A DNA stretch of 63,766 bases, counting the filler, from Piptocephalis cylindrospora (lineage: Eukaryota), in NCBI GenBank assembly GCA_003614145.1. It is 9 parts of 9 records of this genome, joined end to end, with 100 filler letters (N's around TTAATTAATTAA, not from the genome) between each part and the next. Parts side by side here need not be neighbours in the genome. Positions count along the whole stretch, not along the records: positions 56,822 to 63,766 come from KZ988243.1; 8 more parts are not named here. The stretch is one strand, 5' to 3'. A program made the translations under genes and the position numbers. The notes below the pieces were generated by a model, which ran no database searches, was not told the origin of the DNA, and saw nothing but the letters and a program-made list of their open reading frames with translations. Shown here in pieces: positions 58,563 through 63,766 of the stretch; within the stretch, counting starts at the first letter, position 1, and each line of letters starts with the position of its first letter.

Positions 58563-59555
58563 ATGCAACTCTCATCAGAAATGTGGATGGAGCGGGGAGA
58601 AGTTACCACCGTCTCACATGCTTCCTGCACCCCCAACTCGTGGCATGAGCCATCCATGGGGTCCAGACGTCAGGCCCAAGCCTCCACTCCTCCTCTCCCC
58701 AAGCGCACCTCCTCCCTCTCCTCCACCCTCTCACACCCCATCGAGGGAGACGACTTGGGCTTGGAGGCGAGAACAATGCCTAGAGTGCATGTCATTTCAG
58801 ACGCCTCGCTAGGGTACCCGGGACATGCTGGTAGAGTCGACGCATGCGACCCCTCCACCCCGGTCGTTGAGAATGACGGTATTCGTACTCGTTCATTGGG
58901 TCTGGAGATGGGAATGGAGGAGTGGGGGACTCCTTATGGAAAAGTCAGTAGTGAAGTCCCCTTTAGCCTCAGCAGTGATACCTTGGTTGCAAGTGTTACT
59001 GAATGGGAGGGCACTGATGCGACAGATGAGGGCGGATGTCCTCGTGGGAGCGACAGCGTCAAATGCGACAGTTCCAGCGATAAGGAAGAAAGCACCAGAG
59101 AGGACGCCAAAGGTACTTCCTCGCAAGGTACCTCCCTCTCGGACCTCACCTCCAGTCAGATGATCCGGTACTGGATGTCGCAGGGAGATGATGAGGATGA
59201 AGATGATGAGGATGAGGATGATGAGATGGACTCACAGCTGGTATATAGGTACTGGTCCTCCTACCAAGGCTCACAGGGGAAGCTGAGTACCAAGCAGGTA
59301 GTGAGCCGTCTGTCTCTCGAGGAATCCTACTACGCGTTCCAAAATGAGCGAATGACCACGGAGTTGGCTCATGCTACCCGTAACCTCCAGGCCCTAAATC
59401 GGATCTACCAAGCGCATGAGAAGCATTGTCTTTCCTTACAACACAATGGAATCCCAAAGGCGTGGGAGAGGATACGAGAGCTGGAGGCCATCCTATCCAC
59501 CACCACTCGAGGGATTCATCAGCGCCTGATGAAACCAGGTAGTGGTACTTCATAA
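58563..59555 (+). CDS. Hypothetical acidic/disordered protein with a C-terminal coiled-coil motif, 330 aa
   Basis: Intronless ATG ORF preceded by a CT-rich leader; shares a 37-aa motif with the next gene. Confidence 0.75.
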   Translation: MQLSSEMWMERGEVTTVSHASCTPNSWHEPSMGSRRQAQASTPPLPKRTSSLSSTLSHPIEGDDLGLEARTMPRVHVISDASLGYPGHAGRVDACDPSTPVVENDGIRTRSLGLEMGMEEWGTPYGKVSSEVPFSLSSDTLVASVTEWEGTDATDEGGCPRGSDSVKCDSSSDKEESTREDAKGTSSQGTSLSDLTSSQMIRYWMSQGDDEDEDDEDEDDEMDSQLVYRYWSSYQGSQGKLSTKQVVSRLSLEESYYAFQNERMTTELAHATRNLQALNRIYQAHEKHCLSLQHNGIPKAWERIRELEAILSTTTRGIHQRLMKPGSGTS

Positions 59556-61286
59556 TCCAGTCTGCGAATTTGTATACACGCTGCAGAGATAGAAAGGGTC
59601 AGTACTTATCTCATAAGCATTTTGTCAAGGAAGTACAGGAAAGGTATAGTTTCTCGGGGCGTGTTCAGACCAATGAACTGATGCATGTAACACCAAGAGT
59701 AATCCATGTTCCTCTAAGTTTTGACCAGTTCCACCCATGACAACAGGTGTCGGCTCATGCTATCACACTACCTTTGGAAATGACCGGGGATGGGGATGCA
59801 CAAAGTTCATCCATCTATTCAGCTCAACACAATAAATAAGGCCTAGGCCTTAGTGTCCCGTACAGCAGGTCGTCGCTCTCCCTTATCCATTCCATCTCAT
59901 AGATAGAATAGCCATATTTCATCCCAACTATGAGTAGACCAATGCTCACTCTATATCAAGTCTTTTGGACCAAGGCCTGGGATCTGGGCAAAACTCACCC
60001 ACCCCTCCCCACCATATTATGGCTTACAGAAGCGTGGAATGAGTAGTGATGGCACAAGATATTCAATTCCCGAAATGCATTTACTTTCCCCATGCTCACC
60101 TCCTCTCTCCCCTTCTGCTAAAGCACCTGCAGAGGATGCGGCACCCTGCCTAATAATGCATCTCCTTTCACCCCTCCTCCTCCCTTCCCTCCTCTACAGC
60201 TCCCTGCCTTACCATGTCCGACTACCTTGCCCCTCCCACGGTGCGCAACACCATATTCTCCAGATGAATTATCCGTTTTCGTGCAAGAAACACTTTCGAA
60301 TTTGGGCACAACGATCCCCCTCCTCCTCCCCTCATCTCAAAACGTCCACTCCCTTTGTAGACCCCTACATATCCATCCTGATGCTACTCCTCGTACACGA
60401 TTTGACATTGCTTGGAAATCCACTCATTTCTCTAGTTAAGATTGAGCTTTGGGAGATAGCTTGCCCTACTTTATTCTGCCCTTCACCTGACCGTTCTCCC
60501 CTGCATCTTCATACACAGCATCGCTTTCCGGCCACACCTTGACCGAGATTACACCCCTCAAACGAGGGCCATGATCCTCGGTACGGTCAGATGCAGCTGC
60601 CTCTCTTCCATTCAAGGCTAACTTGTCCAACTGTTGTGTTTCCTATTTATTACCCTGTCATCCCTCCCTTTCCCCAGGGCCTCTTACCATTCTTCTCTTC
60701 CTCCTTCTCTTGGACCCTTTCCTTCAGCTTCCTTTTCTCCGCCTCCTTTCCTCTTCCTTTTCTTCATCTTCGCATTCATTATTCATCTATCCGTCCTCTA
60801 TTGTCGACGTACTATCGTGACCACTCCCTCTCCTTCCCCCCTTCCCCCGCTGATATCACCTGGAAGATCCGTGTGGCATATAGTGTCTTTGGCTTGTACG
60901 TGCACACCAGCCCCAATTTAACCGTTACTGGTTCCACACTATCGTCTTTCAGCCCTCGATCTCTGACCCTCCTAGTACTAATCTACTCCTTATTAGCGCC
61001 TACCCCCCTACACCTCCCATCACTTTGCTTCCTCCCGACCGTTCATTCTTTGCATCTCTACCACACATATCCCGCCCGGACCAACTCCGCTCGGACATTC
61101 TTTTTGGCCCCTGGCACCTTGTCACCCTGAGCTTGGCAAGTGCCCCTCCTCCCAGGATCTCCATCTTTCCACGGCCTTCGTCATCATCCAATCTCCCTTT
61201 CTCCAGCCCCTGCACCCTTTACCTTACCCCGTCCTCCCCCCCCTCCGTCTTCCCTCCATCCAATCACTCTAAACCCTTCGATCCTG

Positions 61287-63056
61287 ATGAGCTACCCACC
61301 AATCCAGTCCTATGGGTCCGGCCCGACTGCCCTCCTCTTAGGGCCATCCCCTCCCTCATTTACCCTTTCTCCTCAATCCCCTCCTCCACCTTCCTCTCTT
61401 TCCTCTACCGCATCCTCTGCTCCATCTTCTCCCTCCATTCATCATCCTTTTCCCAAGGATATTTCCCAGTCCCAGCCCTCCCTGCCAGTCAAGCCCAGGT
61501 CTAAGACTACCCGGAAACGATCCAGCTCCACAGTCCAGCGTCCACACCATACAAGATCTCCGTCACCCCTCTCAGCCCGTCCGGTCATGACTGCTGATTT
61601 AGTGGGGGCAGAGAGCAAGTCCAAGGGGATGGTCCATGCCCGACTCACCTCCTCCCCAGGTCATATCGCAGCGGAGAGGACAACTGTGATAAACTCTGAT
61701 GTCACTCCTGGCACTACCACTCCCACTAGCACCACCCCTATAGAAGATCGGTCTGACTCATCTGATTCATCCACCAATTCCACCTCCGAATCCAGTTCCA
61801 CAAACCTGACAACTCCGACCCGATCAGCCACCATCGATCCAGCCAAGGGCTCCAATCCCTCGAGTATTTCCGCCTCGATCCATGCATCCTCCCCACGTCC
61901 TCCCCCCGCTTCCTCGGCCATCACTTCTCGTCGACTATCCCTCCCCTCCAATCCCGACTTGGGTCCGGCCTTGTCCCTCTCGGATATCCTCAACCATCGA
62001 TCTTCCTCCTCTTCCTCCTCCGCCTTTACCATGTCCCCTTCCGCCTCTTCTTCCTCCATCGCCTCCTCTTCTTCCTCCTCTTCTTCCCCCTCTGCCTCTG
62101 CTTTACGAATCTCCACGACCTCAATTCCCAAAGGAGCCCCAGTGACTCCCATTGCTTTGCCCCATGTCCCCACGTCATCCCTTTCCGCTTCTCTGCCCAC
62201 CCTTCATTTTCAGGCTCCTCGGTCTTTGGACCCGGCCATGAACGCTTCCACCCCTGGGCTGGACGCCGTCAATACCCCCAGTGACCCGGCCTTGGGGGTC
62301 GCTTTAACCACCCTGCAGCTGCGCTGTCAATTTCTCGCTTGCCAGAACAGACTACTCCTCACCGAGCTAGATAATGCCCGGAGGAACTGCCATGCCCTTC
62401 GTGTCGTCCTGACCCACTCGGAGTCCCAAAGGGAGATGATCCCCATGCCCACCTCGCCTCCTCCCATCACCTCATCGACTTCTCGTTCCTTCTCTTCCCC
62501 CACCTCCTCTGAACTCTCCACTTCAGCTCAATCCGACGTGCCATTGAGTCTTGGCAACGCCGCTCCATCTTCGGTATCCCCCAGGCCATGCTCCACCCCA
62601 CCTTCCTCTTCCCTTCCTACCATACACAGCAGTACCAAGGAAGGCCCCAACCAAGTCAAATCCTTTTCTTCCCGGATGCTTCCCTTGGTGCATATCCCCT
62701 CCAGGAACCCCCCTCCCCCCATTGAGCGTACTCTAGAGCGCTTGTACACCCCTGGGAAAAAGGGAACACCAGAGTCATCGGCCCTTCCCTCGGCCACTTC
62801 GCCCAGTCAAACAGCCGATTCTTGTGTCACCACCTCCACCCCTTCTTCCAAGCGAGGAAGTACCCTTCGGAGGAAACTTGCTCGAATCACCAAGTCTCTG
62901 AAAACGGTTTTTCATCCACGTCGATCCCCAGCCTCTAACACAAAATCCGTCTCGGTTGCCTCCTCCACATTTTGCTGTGCCGTCGGAAGTATGTCCTTGA
63001 AGAGCGAGCAGGACGATGAGCGGGCCAGGGACACATCATCTTTGGTCCCTGCATAA
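61287..63056 (+). CDS. Hypothetical Ser/Pro-rich disordered protein with a central coiled-coil motif
   Basis: Long open frame (first ATG at 61287); shares a 37-aa motif with the previous gene. Confidence 0.75.
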   Translation: MSYPPIQSYGSGPTALLLGPSPPSFTLSPQSPPPPSSLSSTASSAPSSPSIHHPFPKDISQSQPSLPVKPRSKTTRKRSSSTVQRPHHTRSPSPLSARPVMTADLVGAESKSKGMVHARLTSSPGHIAAERTTVINSDVTPGTTTPTSTTPIEDRSDSSDSSTNSTSESSSTNLTTPTRSATIDPAKGSNPSSISASIHASSPRPPPASSAITSRRLSLPSNPDLGPALSLSDILNHRSSSSSSSAFTMSPSASSSSIASSSSSSSSPSASALRISTTSIPKGAPVTPIALPHVPTSSLSASLPTLHFQAPRSLDPAMNASTPGLDAVNTPSDPALGVALTTLQLRCQFLACQNRLLLTELDNARRNCHALRVVLTHSESQREMIPMPTSPPPITSSTSRSFSSPTSSELSTSAQSDVPLSLGNAAPSSVSPRPCSTPPSSSLPTIHSSTKEGPNQVKSFSSRMLPLVHIPSRNPPPPIERTLERLYTPGKKGTPESSALPSATSPSQTADSCVTTSTPSSKRGSTLRRKLARITKSLKTVFHPRRSPASNTKSVSVASSTFCCAVGSMSLKSEQDDERARDTSSLVPA

Positions 63057-63766
63057 ATTATCCTCTTCTTTCTAGGATCCACATCCCCCCTCTCCTCCCA
63101 GCTAAGCGAATACTCTCCTGCGCATCCCTTTGCATGTGTTTGCACCTGTGTGTGTCGGTGGGTGTGAGCGTGGGAAAGTCACATCTTGCCTCTTTTTATC
63201 CTTAGGCATGTACAATCCGTAAGAGTAACGACCGAATGCAATCATTCACCTCTCTGTCTTCCCTGTTGTATCTTGATGACCATTTGCTAATTTATTTACT
63301 TGTGCACACCAATATATTTTGCCGCGTCTTGCCGGGTGAGTTTAAACTTGCTGTAGCTCACCATCTCCCTCCTTTCCCTACCGCATCGAGGCTTTCCTAT
63401 TCGGTCCCATTCCCCCCGTCCATCATATCCCAATACATGATCATCTTCAGTGGAAATCCGCTTCATAGTTATTCGTAGTATGGATGATTTACACCATGAA
63501 GATTTTACCCTCGCTATCTATCTCTTTTTCGCTAAAAAAGCCCTTTGGCGTAGGGAAGGACAGAACGATCAATCTTTCCAGGAGCTATGGAAAGTAGAGA
63601 TAACGAAGTATAGGCATGAATTTAGTCCTCTATCCTTAAAAGAGAGCATCCTCTGGTAAGATCATACTCCTCCTCCTACCCATGCTTACCTGAATGCATC
63701 GATCATGGGGGTTTCTCTCTTCTGTATCTTGCATCTCCTTTGCTGACAATACTTGTTCAAGAGCCT

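Noticed and set aside
60039..61130. 167-aa and 179-aa Leu/Ser/Pro/Phe-rich ORFs
   Set aside because: Translations of a pyrimidine-rich leader or intergenic region that is poor in stop codons; no coding signature.

Overview
Eukaryotic (fungal) DNA, and not one contiguous locus. Nine unrelated contigs of steadily decreasing size (7038, 7028, 7019, 7016, 6996, 6984, 6975, 6965, 6945 bp) are joined by 100-bp N44-TTAATTAATTAA-N44 stop-codon linkers, so gene neighbourhoods are only meaningful within each ~7 kb block. Short GT-AG introns, the gene content, an inversion chimera and homopolymer frameshifts point to an amplified draft genome of an early-diverging fungus (inference: a Zoopagomycota mycoparasite such as Piptocephalis; not verifiable here). 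Recognisable genes: CSN7, an SH3-PX-BAR sorting nexin, P3A H+-ATPase, Rho GTPase, SYF1, KHA1, TAF1A-like, inositol monophosphatase, MadBub (BUB1/MAD3), MYND/MSS51-like, NADP-IDH, TMEM128-like, TOM22, VPS13, two tandem SDR-like paralogues, NUP107/NUP84, ARG1, an M1 aminopeptidase and a kelch fragment. Best leads: (1) a MadBub protein with a pseudokinase and a KEN2-to-EEN change; (2) two adjacent orphan proteins sharing an unnamed 37-aa motif; (3) a tandem pair of probable SDR pseudoenzymes; (4) an SNX9-type protein and a possible GPS2-like protein in a fungus; (5) a LINE 3' relic and a tRNA-like element; (6) an isolated secreted effector candidate. I found no multi-gene novel system. All family assignments are from motif recognition by eye, without database searches.
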